Source of the DNA: Marsupella aquatica
Lineage: Eukaryota; Plantae; Marchantiophyta
Reading direction: 5' to 3'
Length of the DNA stretch: 64,000 bases
NCBI GenBank assembly: GCA_973895155.1
Contig: OZ316898.1
Location: 19,107,292-19,171,291, forward strand
In this document: positions 49,430 through 61,548 of the stretch, piece after piece
How positions within the stretch are numbered: position 1 is the stretch's first letter
Layout: each line of letters opens with the position of its first letter
The notes under the pieces: model-generated
Database searches by the model: none
What the model saw: only the letters and a program-made list of their open reading frames with translations
What the model was told of the DNA's origin: nothing
Program-made: the position numbers and the translations under genes

Positions 49430-52175
49430 TGACAAGTGCCGCTAGATGTCATTTATGCAAATGTCATTTAGGATGTCAATGTTGTGGTCATGTATGCCAT
49501 GCAGAATATGACTCTTAAGAGCCTTTGGTGGCTGATTGACCCCATTGGTGATAGGGGCCGGCCATTAAGGATGATACCCACTTCACATGGTGCGGGATAG
49601 GGTACTTGACAACCCTGGGCCACTAGTTATGCCACTTGGCCTCCACAACACTTTCTAAAACACACATTTTGCATCATGGAAGGGCATCACCCAACTTTGG
49701 GCAAAACACTCCCAAGTTGTATGACTTTGGAGTCATTTGCCCAAAGGGATGCAAATCATTCTAATTTGGTCATTTGCAAGGGATCTTGAGTCATTCATGC
49801 GTGTGACTAAAGGTTTTTGTCATTTGTGGAGTGTTGAGGGGTGTCATTTAAGCAAATGACACAAAAATAAATCATTGATGATGTCAATGCGGCAGTCAAG
49901 CATGCCATGACAATATGACTCATTGGGGCCTTTTGGGGCTTATTCGCAATATACGCGATCGTAGCCGGCCATTAGGGATGCTACCCACTCCACATGGTGC
50001 GGGATGGAGTACTTGTACACCCTGAGCCACTAGTTATGCCACTTCGCCTCCACAACACTTTTTAAAACACACATTTTGCATCATGGAAGGGCATCACCCA
50101 ACTTTGGGCAAAACACTCCCAAGTTGTATGACTTTGGAGTCATTTGCCCAAAGGGGTGCAAATCATTCTAATTTGGTCATTTGCAAGGGATCTTGAGTCA
50201 TTTGTGCGTGTGACTAAAGGTTTTTGTCATTTGTGGAGTGCCGAGGGGTGTCATTTAAGCAAATGACACAAAAATAAGTCATTGATGATGTCAATGCGGC
50301 AGTCAAGCATGCCATGGACAATATGACTCCTTGGGGCCTTTGGGGGCTTATTCGCAATATACGCAATTGTAGCCGGCCATTAGGGATGCTACCCACTCCA
50401 CATGGTGCGGGATGGAGTACTTGTACACCCTGAGCCACTAGTTATGCCACTTCGCCTCCACAACACTTTTTAAAACACACATTTTGCATCATGGAAGGGC
50501 ATCACCCAACTTTGGGCAAAACACTCCCAAGTTGTATGACTTTGGAGTCATTTGCCCAAAGGGGTGCAAATCATTCTAATTTGGTCATTTGCAAGGGATC
50601 TTGAGTCATTTGTGTGTGTGACTAAAGGTTTTTGTCATTTGTGGAGTGCCGAGGGGTGTCATTTAAGCAAATGACACAAAAATAAGTCATTGATGATGTC
50701 AATGCGGCAGTCAAGCATGCCATGGACAATATGACTCCTTGGGGCCTTTGGGGGCTTATTTGCAATATACACGATCGTAGCCGGCCATTAGGGATGCTAC
50801 CCACTCCACATGGTGCGGGATGGAGTACTTGTACACCCTTAGCCACTAGTTATGCCACTTGGCCTCCACAACACTTTTTAAAACACACATTTTGCATCAT
50901 GGAAGGGCATGGCCCAACTTTGGGCAAAACACTCCCAAGTTGTATGACTTTGGAGTCATTTGCCCAAAGGGGTGAAAACCACTTGCATTTTGTCATTTGC
51001 AAGGGATATAGAGTCATTTGTGCGCTTGACTAAAAGTTTTTGTCATTTATGTAGTGCCAGGGGATGTCATATGAGCAAATGACACAAATAGGGGTCATTC
51101 ATGATGTCAATAGTGCAGTCCTACATACCATGGACAATATGACTCTTTGGGGCCTCCGGGGGTCGACTGGCCATATCCATGATTGTAGCCCACCATTAGG
51201 GATGCTACCCACTCCACATGGTGTGCGACAGGGTACTCACCAACCCTGGGCCACTAGTTATGCCACTTGGCCTCCACAACACTTTTTAACACACACATTT
51301 TGCATCATGGAAGGGCATGGCCCAACTTTGGGAAAAACACTCCCAAGTTGTATGACTTTGGAGTCATTTGCCCAAAGGGGTGCAAACCACTCCCATATAG
51401 CCATTCCCAAGCCATTTTCAGTCAATTGTGCCTGTGAGTCATTGTGTTGGTCATTTTATGAGTGCTAGGATATGTCATTTATTCAAATGACACGGAAACG
51501 AGTCATTGTTCATGTCAATGTAGCAGTCATGCATGCCATGGACAATATGACTCTTCTGGAACTCAGGCCGCTGATTGGCCATTGTTGGTGATAGGGGCCC
51601 CCCATTGAGCATGCTACCCACTCCACATGGTGTGGGATAGGGTGCCCCCCAATCCTGGGCCACTAGTTATCACTAATTGGCAAAGCAATAGTTTTATGAC
51701 CAAACTTTTGCACAATGGTAGGGCATCACCCAACTTTGGGCAAAACACTCCCAAGTTGTACGACTTTCAAGTCATTTGCCCAAAAAGGTGCAAACCACTC
51801 ATATTTTGTCATTTGCAAGGGATTTTGCGTCATTTATGCAAGTGACTGAATATTTTTGTCATTTATAGAGTCATAGGATACGTCATTCCTGCGTATGACA
51901 CAAAAACAAGTCATTGATGATGTCAATGCGACAGTCAAGCATGCCATGGACAATATGACCCGTTGGGAGTTTCGGGGGCTAATTTGCAATATCCGTGATT
52001 GTAGCCGGCCATTAGGGATGCTACCCACTCCACATTGTGCGGGATGGGGTATTTGACAACCCTCGGCCACTAGTTATGCCAGTTGGCTTCCACAACACTT
52101 TTTAACACGCACATTCTGCATCATGGAAGGGCATCACTCAACTTTGGGCAAAACACTCCCAAGTTGTACGACTTA
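49430..52175. repeat. Tandem array of 408-bp units (~6.7 copies) inside CACTA-2
   Basis: The core CTTTGGGCAAAACACTCCCAAGTTGTATGACTTTGGAGTCATTTGCCCAAAG recurs at 49694, 50102, 50510, 50918, 51326, 51734 and (half) 52142. Confidence 0.95.
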
Positions 52176-55100
52176 CAAAAAATGGTCATTGATGTGAATG
52201 CAACAATCATGTAAGCCACACACAATATGACTCATTACACCCCTTGATGACATATTCCGCCATATTGATGGTAGGAGCCGACCATGAGTTACATACACAA
52301 AACAATGATATATATAGGGTGTACGACGGAACATGCATAATTATGTTCATAAAAGGGCAGGGTTTAGGGTGAAGTGTTAAAATTAGACTAAGTTAGTCCA
52401 CAATTATGTTTGAATGGGAACCTTCTAAACATACCCCCAAGCTCGCCCCCAAGACCTCATCAATCATTAAGCTCCCCCTTGTATGTATTTATATGTTTTC
52501 GGGGTCATAATGAGTAATGGTTTAGGGTGCACATGCCCCCCCTTTCCTAAGGGTCTCCCAAGTCTTTTGATGGGGGATAGGATCACAGCATCTGGACCGT
52601 CTATGTAGCATCTATAATCATCCCCTCATGCAATCGTGGCCCTTTGCACAGGAATGTTATTTTACACTACCTCGCATTGGATGCCTTCCTTAGTCCGGTC
52701 AAACATCGAGAACAGCATATCGAATGTTGCGTTTTGTGTCCCAATCGGTGTAGGTTTACGTGTAGGGTTTACCGTTGCAAGGCAGTGCGTGCTCAGGCAG
52801 AGTGCTCTCACATTATCACCCGACAACATTAGGGCTATGAGTTTCCTTGTAGCGATAAGCGGGGAGTCGAGGTGCGACCTTCAGTTGGTGCTGTGGGGAG
52901 TGAGTGCGCAACCTTGGTGCTACGGGGAGTCAATGTGCAACCTTGGTGCTACGGGGAGTCGACGGACTAAACTGCGGGGAGTTGATCAACCTTGGTGCTG
53001 CATTCGTGGGTAGACATTGAAGGAGGGCCGCTGCGCTTGGCTGCCATTGTCGAGGCCCCGGGTCGAGGCAGGTAGGAGGACAGCTGCTACCATCGTCGAG
53101 GGCAACCTGCTTGCAAAATGGGAGAGTGATGAGTTGTTGTGTGGGAGGTGCGGGTTTCACCGTGGGGAGGTTTGCGCTTGGAGGTTGAGACCAAGCTCTT
53201 CCTTGGAGGATTGCCTTATTTTGATTGCAAAGGTTTTTGAGAACCAGCTCAGTGGAACTCAGCTTGCTCAGTGGAAACTTGCAGCTTCTTGTCACTAAGG
53301 TTGGCTGCTTACAGAGCGAGCTTGGTGGAGAAAGGACTCCGCAACACCGTTGCTCCCTTGGACTATCTACCGAGTGCAAGCTCCTGTATGTGCAAGTTGA
53401 GACCCGGGACCTTCAATGTTGTAGCTGCCTCCAACCTGCAACGCCATTGCTCGCAAGCTGCTACAGAGCGCAACCTCTTGCGACTTCCACCTCAAAGGTA
53501 TGACCTGGATGGTTGGAGTCAGTGGATAGTTGTGCATTCTCTGTCCAATTTATGTGGCACTACGTCCCCCAAGTAAGTATCTGGCCGTGCTGCAATGTTG
53601 TGCTTCGATGTTGTGCTTCGAGCTGTGATGAAGGTGGACATGCATTAGAGATACCCTGTGTGTCCCAAGCACTAGAATAGACTGTGGCCTACTTTGCTTT
53701 GTCTGTCCTTGAAGTTGCTTGATGCCACACACAGCGGCTTCATCACATCAAGTGTTCCGCAGACTCTCGTCTCTTATTTCAAGCTTCTTATTTCTACCAA
53801 CATTGCTCTGAGTCTTAAAAAACTTTAATGATCGATTCCTCTCCAATGCTCTCTGTTGCTCTCCAGAAGTTTGCGTTCTTGACTATATTCCTGTTCATTT
53901 TCTATTCATTTTTGTTCAGTTTCTGTCCTTGTCTGGCCATACCTCAATTTTTGTCTTTTCTCATACTCTGCTTACTGTGCTCTGTCATGCAGTATACTCA
54001 TTTACTACAGATTGAATGTGGAGCCGATTGGAGGTGGACATTGGAGTTGCGACGACCAGCAAGGTGAGTCCAAGAGGATTGCATCCTCAAGCTTAGGGAA
54101 AGAAAAGCTGTTTTTTCCTTGTATCCCCCGTTCTATCCTACTCCTCCTGCATGCAATAATTTCTGACTGTATTCTCATTTCTTACCTGTGTTGGACCCTC
54201 ATTGGACATACGTGCATATCTAAAGAGACTAGTCGCTGCTGAGGTGCGATTGGATCTGCATTGGAGCTGCATTCCTGCCTACATCATCCAAAGATTCTAA
54301 GGAGGATTGGAGCTCTGTTTTACAATTTGCGCCATCTGTAAGTATCTTGTGCTCAAATACTAGAGAGCAGTCTTACAAATTTTTTGCGATGCTGTCAAAG
54401 GTGTCTAGATTGTTGGACTATTGAATTGGTTGCCCATTCTTTGTGTTCTTCCTATTGCTGGTACTTATTTTTTGTGGAACATCCTAGTGAATTTAAGCTA
54501 CGCAAATTGCCATAAGTCACAAAGGCATCTTTCATGCCATCTGGATATTGTGCCATCAAATTTTACGTTCCATTTCTTACATGATTGTGTTGGACTGACA
54601 TTGGACCTGCATATCTGAAGAGACTTGTTGCTGCACCGGTGTGGTTAGTATTGGATAACCCTAAAGCTGCATTCCCACAGGCTGCAGCATCCAGGGATTC
54701 TAAGGAAGATTGGACCCTTGTTTGGTGGTGCTGCTACACAAGAAGGCTCCAGTGGAGGTGGGCTTGCTTGCATCCATGTCGTGTGTTTGTTGTTGTGATC
54801 GATTGGGTTGTTGTTGAGATTTATTTTTCTTGAATTTAGAAAATGCTTAATTGAGTCGTCTTGACTGTTTTTTCTTCACTAAGTAACAAGGCGGCCCCAA
54901 GAGACTCTAAATAAAATCCCTAAATCCTTGAAAGAACATCATTTTAAGAGTTGTGGTGACTTTCTACAGTGGTGACTTGATGTGGAGGTGAGCTTGTTTC
55001 TCAGTGAAGGGGGGCCCAGTCCACTATACTCAGATAATGACTTGTGTGCAGTGGCCAGTATACCAGTTCCTTTCTTTGTGCAAGTAAGACCTGTGAATGT

Positions 55101-55572
55101 TTAAATGAGTTTTTAAAAGGATAGAGCTTTTAATCCGATGTAGTTAGCCCCCCCCCCAAGAAGAGCTATAGCCCTGTCTATACTATCCCTAGTCGCTACT
55201 GAATTCTACCTGCTCCAACAAGTATTGAATGAGTACAATTTCAGTGAACAATATTTAATTTGTGTGCTCTATGGTCTTCACAGTGGTTGCCTTTTTGAAT
55301 AAACTTCTCTTTGACTCTTCTGAACATTTTTTCCAAGTCTGCCTGACACTAAACCCTGAACTGCTTGCTCTCTGTGCAGAGCACCCTTAAGCCAAAGCCA
55401 AGTTATTTTTGACATTGCTTGTACTCCGTGAGATCGAGGTGGGCAGGACATCTCCTGATTTGTACTAAGACCTCTTACAGTAAGTACACTATGTCCACAT
55501 ACCATCTTTGTACTTGTCTGTTGCCCTTCTCCATACACTTGTAATATTCAAGGTAATTGTGCAGATCCACGC

Positions 55573-56286
55573 ATGACATCGGGCATGGCACGAGCTGCTG
55601 CTCCCTGGCTGGATCCAAAGTTTGCCCATAAAGAACACCTTCGCTTGGATCCCCCTTGTTGTTTTGAATGTGATGAGGGAGGTACTGTTTTGTTCTGCGA
55701 TGGGCCTTGCAGTCGTCATTTCCATTACTTAGTTCATGGCCAGCAAGCTCCTCAAGAGCCTGATGGCCATGGGCCTGAGTGCACACCCGTTGCCATTTCT
55801 AGAGGGCATGATTGGGCCAAGGAGTGGCTCTGTGACCTCTGTCAGCAGAACCAAGGTCGTTGCTTTGCTTGTGGACTACTTGGCCAAACCCTAAAACCCA
55901 CTGCAGATGAGCCCCTTGTGGTCCAGTGTGCACAAGATGACTGCTCTTCTTTTTATCACGTGGGTTGTCTGCGGACCATACTGAGGGCAAGGGAGTTGCC
56001 TCTCCTGGGGTACGCACAAAACTCAGATGCACATCCCGCTGCTCTGATATGCCCAAGGCATTATTGTGATGTTTGCAAGGAGTATCGGGATGGCATCTGG
56101 GAATTCATCCAGTTTTGTAGGTGCCCTTGTGCGTGGTGTAGGGATGAGGGACCAGAGGCAGACAAACACCTCAAGAGAGGGGTGAAGGGTAGAGAAACGT
56201 GGGATATTGGTCCATGGCGTATGGTGTACTGCAATCGCCATGTCATTCCAGAGAGTTCTGATGTGCCACCTCATGATTTTAAATAG
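55573..56286 (+). CDS. Stand-alone EDM2/NSD-type composite PHD-finger protein, 237 aa, inside CACTA-2
   Basis: CFECDEGGTVLFCDGPCSRHFH...WLCDLC...RCFACGLLG...VQCAQDDCSSFYHVGC...ICPRHYCDVC...RCP...VYCNRHVI follows the recalled EDM2 pattern CAICDNGG..CEGSCLRSFH..CPNC..CFICK.LG..FQC...CGYFYHPHC..CPLHKC..C..CRRCP..IYC.EHEI. The frame is uninterrupted, and a splice acceptor TTGTGCAG ends at 55564. Confidence 0.85.
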   Translation: MTSGMARAAAPWLDPKFAHKEHLRLDPPCCFECDEGGTVLFCDGPCSRHFHYLVHGQQAPQEPDGHGPECTPVAISRGHDWAKEWLCDLCQQNQGRCFACGLLGQTLKPTADEPLVVQCAQDDCSSFYHVGCLRTILRARELPLLGYAQNSDAHPAALICPRHYCDVCKEYRDGIWEFIQFCRCPCAWCRDEGPEADKHLKRGVKGRETWDIGPWRMVYCNRHVIPESSDVPPHDFK

Positions 56287-57673
56287 ATGATAAGCCTTAG
56301 TTCAGTTGTGTAGAAAACACTGCCTAGTACAAAGTATATTGAACTTGTCATGGGTTAAGGACTTCTGGAGGATACTGGACACAAAATGGACTAAAGGGGT
56401 ACAGTGGAGCACCAGAGTTTTTTGTTGGATGAAAATGGAGTGAAGTGTCAAGTTGGATTCAATGGACTAAACTGAAATGGACTAAAGCAGGATGATTGTA
56501 TGAAATGGACTAAACTGCCTGATTGTATGAAGTGGACTAAATTGTCTCACTGTATGAAGTGGACTACACGTGTGGTTGAGATTGTTTGCCCTAGAGTAGA
56601 GCAACACTTAGTGGAGAAAGACCAGTATCAATTCTGATTGTATGATGACTGTTACAGCTGTACTCAGCAATATATGAACAGCCTGAATAGAGATACATAA
56701 CAAAAGAACTAAAACACTAAAAAACATCACACTGACCTTAGAGGCAAGACCTAAAATCCACCCAAGGTCTTAAAAATGTTGTTGTCCCTTTGAGGGATCT
56801 GGCCATAAGAAGGCAAACTTTACATAATGTCTCTCAAGTTTTGTAGTACTGCCTTTCTAAACCTACAGCCTTAAGAACTCCTTCAACCCTTCAACCTGGG
56901 TCGATCTCTGAACTTCGTCATTTTTGATAATTTTGAAGACTGAGTGACTGTATTTTATTCTGACTATTGCACAAAAACACAGTATGTGACATTATGTAGA
57001 TTACATGAAATCCTTTGAGGCCCTTGCCCATATGTATCCTGGTTTGTGTGGGGATGATGAAATGTTGTGATCTGAATCTATTCTAGTACCTGCCCAAAAC
57101 AAACTGCCTTGATGAAGATGATCATTTCAACAAATGAATTCAAAAGTCACAGAATGAAGGAGGGGATTGTTGGACATTGTGATTAATGTTTGTTATTGTA
57201 TTCACTGTTTTGAAGGGTCTGAGATTGCTGACTACTGTGAACACCCTTGCCCTAAATCTGGTTGAGGTAGGCCTCTATTTGGTCTTGTAAACTTTTGTCA
57301 TTTTCATTTGTACAATTCAGGTCTCCTTCAAATACCCATTGTCACTTACAGTATGAGTTGAGATTAGGTAACGTGTACCCAAGTAAATAATTTCTGATCA
57401 AGTTGCTAATATGTAATCTGTTTACCTTTTGTTGGCATGCATGTACTATTCTATTGGCAATGAAGGCTAAAGTGGGAGCTGCCTTTACCTCAGTTGGAGT
57501 ACTGTACCTCAAATGTATGTCTATTCTTCACTTGTGCACACATTTGCTTCACATGACGGTTAGAAGATGGTATGGAAGGGTTTTGGAGTTGTCTAGAACA
57601 AATTCATATGCTCTGCAAGATGTCACAGAAGAAAGACGTGCAACTGTGTTTTTGATTAGGTAGTGCTGCAATC

Positions 57674-60600
57674 ATGGCTTCTTCTAGCCAGGTTGGGTCA
57701 CATAACACTGCACATACAATAGAGGCAAACAACCTGAGAAGATTACCTCTTTCTCATCCACGTCGAATACAACGTCGTGATGATAACTTATGGGCTCGGG
57801 AACAGACAGCTTGCTCTGGTAGTGTTGATCATAGAATGTATTGCTCTTGCATGGAATGCAAAGGGATTGTTAAGACTACTCGAAAGACCAGTCGACAACA
57901 TCTTCTTAAATATGGCCGCTACCCTGCCTGTTGAGTGTGGGTAGGAGAGGGTGAAGACTCTTCTAATGAGGAGTGGAGATCCAATTACATTCGTAACTCT
58001 GGTCCAGAGGCACTAAGGGCAGGAATGTCTCGAGAGGCATTCCACTTAGGCCAGCCATCAATAGATGTTGAAGAGCAGGTCAGAGTTTTACTTCAAGAGA
58101 CATTGGCAAGAGCTTCTGAAGAGTCTGATGAATATGTGGATAATGATCCTCCTTTTGATATAGATTCAATGTTTCAAAATGATGAGAATGAGGCAGGTCC
58201 ACCCTCTGCTGAGACCAGGGCTGAGGACACACCTGCAGTAGGGCATCCTATAAATCATGTTCCTTTGCAAGGGTCTTTAGAAGAAGCCATGAGACCCTTA
58301 TTTCCAGGCAGTAAGACAGATGTAGTTTCCTTCATGTTGTTGTTTTTAAACATCTGTCATAACAATAGGTTCTCAAACACGGGAGTGAATGCCATACTGT
58401 CTTTGTTGACTGAGCATGGAATGCCAACAGAGCACACTCTCCCTAAAAACCTATATGCTGCAAAACAATTACTAAGAAAATTGGGTTTAGACTATGTGAG
58501 AATCCCAGTCTGTGAGAATGGATGTATGTTGTTTAGAAATGAGACTGCAAAGTTGAACAATTGTTCCAAGTGTAATCAACCAAAGATGAAGTTAGTGGGG
58601 AATTCTTTACAGCCTGTGAAGGTCTTGAGATATTTCCCTATAATCCCTCGATTGAAGAGATTGTATGCCACTAAGGGTACATCTAAGCTAATGACTTGGC
58701 ATCATGAGAACAAGAGCAAGGACAACATGGTGCGACATCCAGCAGATTCAAAGGCATGGAAACATGTGGACACAGAGATCGACCCTGCTTTTGCTGCTGA
58801 GCCAAGGAATGTGCGAATGGGATTGGCACTTGATGGGGTAAATCCATTTGGGAATAATTCTACTGCCTGGTCTACATGGCCAATCCTACTATTGAATTAT
58901 AATATCCCTTCTTGGCTTTCCACAAAGAAGTTCTTTGTCATGCTGGCTCTTCTAATTCCAGGTCCTGTGTTTGTAAGCGAGGAACAATTTGATGTATACA
59001 TGGCTCCACTTGTGGATGATCTTGAGACATTATGGTCAGAAGGAGTAGATTGTTTTGATGTTCTACCAAGGCTAGGATTGCAGCAACAGTTCAAGCTAAG
59101 GGCTTCAATATTGTGGACAATCAATGATTATCCTGCATGTGGATTAGTCTCTGGCCAACAACATGCAGGGTACAAAGGATGTGTGGTTTGTGGGCCAAAT
59201 TGTATGGCACAAGGTTCAAAACAGTTGGGCAAGTTACTGTTTGGTGGCCATCGTCGCTGGTTACCACATAGGCACTATTTTCGCAGAGAGGAAGTGGCAA
59301 AATACTTTAATGGTGAGGTAGAGGCACGATCTGCACCATATAGAGTGTCCAGCTCTGATAGGAAATGTTGGGGAGAAAAGGCCGCTAAATATGTGGAGAA
59401 GAAACCAGGGAATGCGCTGGATAATGAAAACTCTCCAGTAAAGAAGAATGGAGTGAAGAGGGTTACTGGATTATACAAGTTGCCGTACTGGAGTGTAAGT
59501 ATCTGGTTCCCCATACTGAATCCCTTAGTGTGTAATGTTAAGTACCAAAGAGTAACATTTCTAACTCTAACTTAGTTTGTATTGAACTGTGCGTCCAATG
59601 CAGAAACTTCTCATCAACCATTGTTTGGATCCCATGCACTGTGAGAAGAATCTTGCACACAACATTGTGCACACTATTTTGGGGACAAAGGATACTCCTT
59701 CTATTCAAGAAGACATGAAAGTCATGGACGTGCGGGAACACCTGTGGCTGGTTCCAAATCCAGATCCAAAAAAAGATTCAAAGATCATGCCGCCAGCCCC
59801 ATATTGCCTCAGTAAGACAGAGAAGACTAAGTTCTTAGAGGTATTGCTGACCTTTAAAGGGCCCACTGGTTTCAGCAGTTCTCTGGCTAAATGTGTCACA
59901 GTTAAGAAGAAGTTATTAGGGCTAAAATCTCACGATTTCCATCACCTCATGCAACAAATCCTTCCATTGGCAACAATGGGATTACTTGATGAAGGTGTTC
60001 GGTTGGCCATAGCCAAAGTGAGCAATGTGTGGCGTACCATCTGTGCCAAGGTTTGGGATCCCTCACAGTACGACTCTATGATGTTGGATGTTGCATTCAC
60101 ACTCTGCCTTATGGAAATTCATTTCCCACCAAGCTTCTTTGATGTCATGACCCATCTGTTGATTCATCTGGTTCAAGAACTAGACATCTGTGGTCCAGTG
60201 AACATTAGATGGATGTACCCAATAGAAAGATATCTAAAGACCTTGAAGGGTTATGTTCGAAACAAGGCACGTCCAGAGGCTTCTATGGCTGAAGGCTACC
60301 TTCTGGATGAATCTTTAGGATTCCTTTCTGAATACATGATCGATGTTAAGGGGACAGGAATGAGAACATGGGACTTGGAGGAGAATCCTGGTGTTGCAGG
60401 CATTGTCTCGGAAGGAGCTGGAAAACAAATCACCTTGGAGTGGAATGATATGATAGCTATGCATCATTACATACTGGAGAATGAAGAGCTAATGGAACCA
60501 TGGTATAGGTATGAGCATGGTTTATATTGTTAAGTTCTCTGTTGTTTATTATTAAACAAAATTGAGTTTTGAGCAGAAATTGTGTGGGCCTAGGAGCTGA

Positions 60601-61464
60601 CTGTCATTCTTGCCATGCAGGGTTTATGATGATCAAAAGGAGGCAGTTACCAAGCACAGAGCAGATTTCCGGAAAGAATGGATCATGAAGAATCCAGGAA
60701 ATCGGAGGAATCCTGTGCCTTATCCCTCTAATTTGGATGAGTTGCCTCCTTTTAGAGAATGGTTTGAAGTGACAATTAGAAGGCATAATTTTGAGAATGA
60801 GTTTGAACGAATGGGGTTGGCAGCGTATAGTGTACCACCTAGTTTGAAGGCACTGCGGTACAGGGCCTGCAGAGCCTATGGGCACCATTGGAGGACCATT
60901 CCATCACTAGGTTCCTTGATTGATTGTGACTCATCTGGGTTCAAGACTTTTGATTCTGGGATGGCTTGTACATTCACTGAGAAGCGGGTCATTAGGTCAG
61001 GGGCAACAGTAGATGAATCTGTACAATATGTGGGGGTGTTGACAGACATCTTAGTGTTGAACTATGGGCCTCTGATAAAGGAAGTGGTCCTTTTCAAAGG
61101 AAGGTGGGCAAACCCATCTTGGACTCCCAAAGCCACTGCAAGTATGAGATATGATGCGTCTGGATTGTGGCAAGTAAATTTTCAGAAGGAGCTGGGTGCT
61201 TCCAAGAAAATGGACTATGTATTGCCACGACAGATAAAACTGGTGTTTTTTTACCCAAATGATAAGGGGATTGCATGGAGGACAATCCTCCACAAGGAAT
61301 CCAGGTCTACAAGGGTACTGGGTGATTACATGGAAGTTGATTTCCATGATACTATGGATGACAATGCTAAGTTTCACATAGAGTTGGCAGAAGCCTGTAC
61401 AACTAGACAGGAGCCTGGACCAAGTACTACAGACAAAGGAAAAAGAAAGTATAAAAGGAAATGA
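57674..61464 (+). pseudogene. tnpD: CACTA TnpD-type transposase, 3 exons (57674-59494, 59604-60508, 60621-61464), ~1189 codons, one in-frame TGA at 57932-57934
   Basis: Motifs CSCMEC, CENGCMLF, KVLRYFPIIPRLKRL, HPADSKAWK, LALDGVNPF, LPYWS|KLLINHCLDPMHCEKN, LKSHDFH, FFDVMTHLLIHL and RWMYPIERYL (Transposase_21/DUF4218/DUF4216-type). GT-AG introns are in compatible phases. Confidence 0.93.
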
Positions 61465-61548
61465 ATGGTTTGAAGATATTGTACAGTCCGGTTTCATTTG
61501 GTTGGGAGTGGGATCATACTAACATGGCATGCCATGGTCTAGCAGTGA

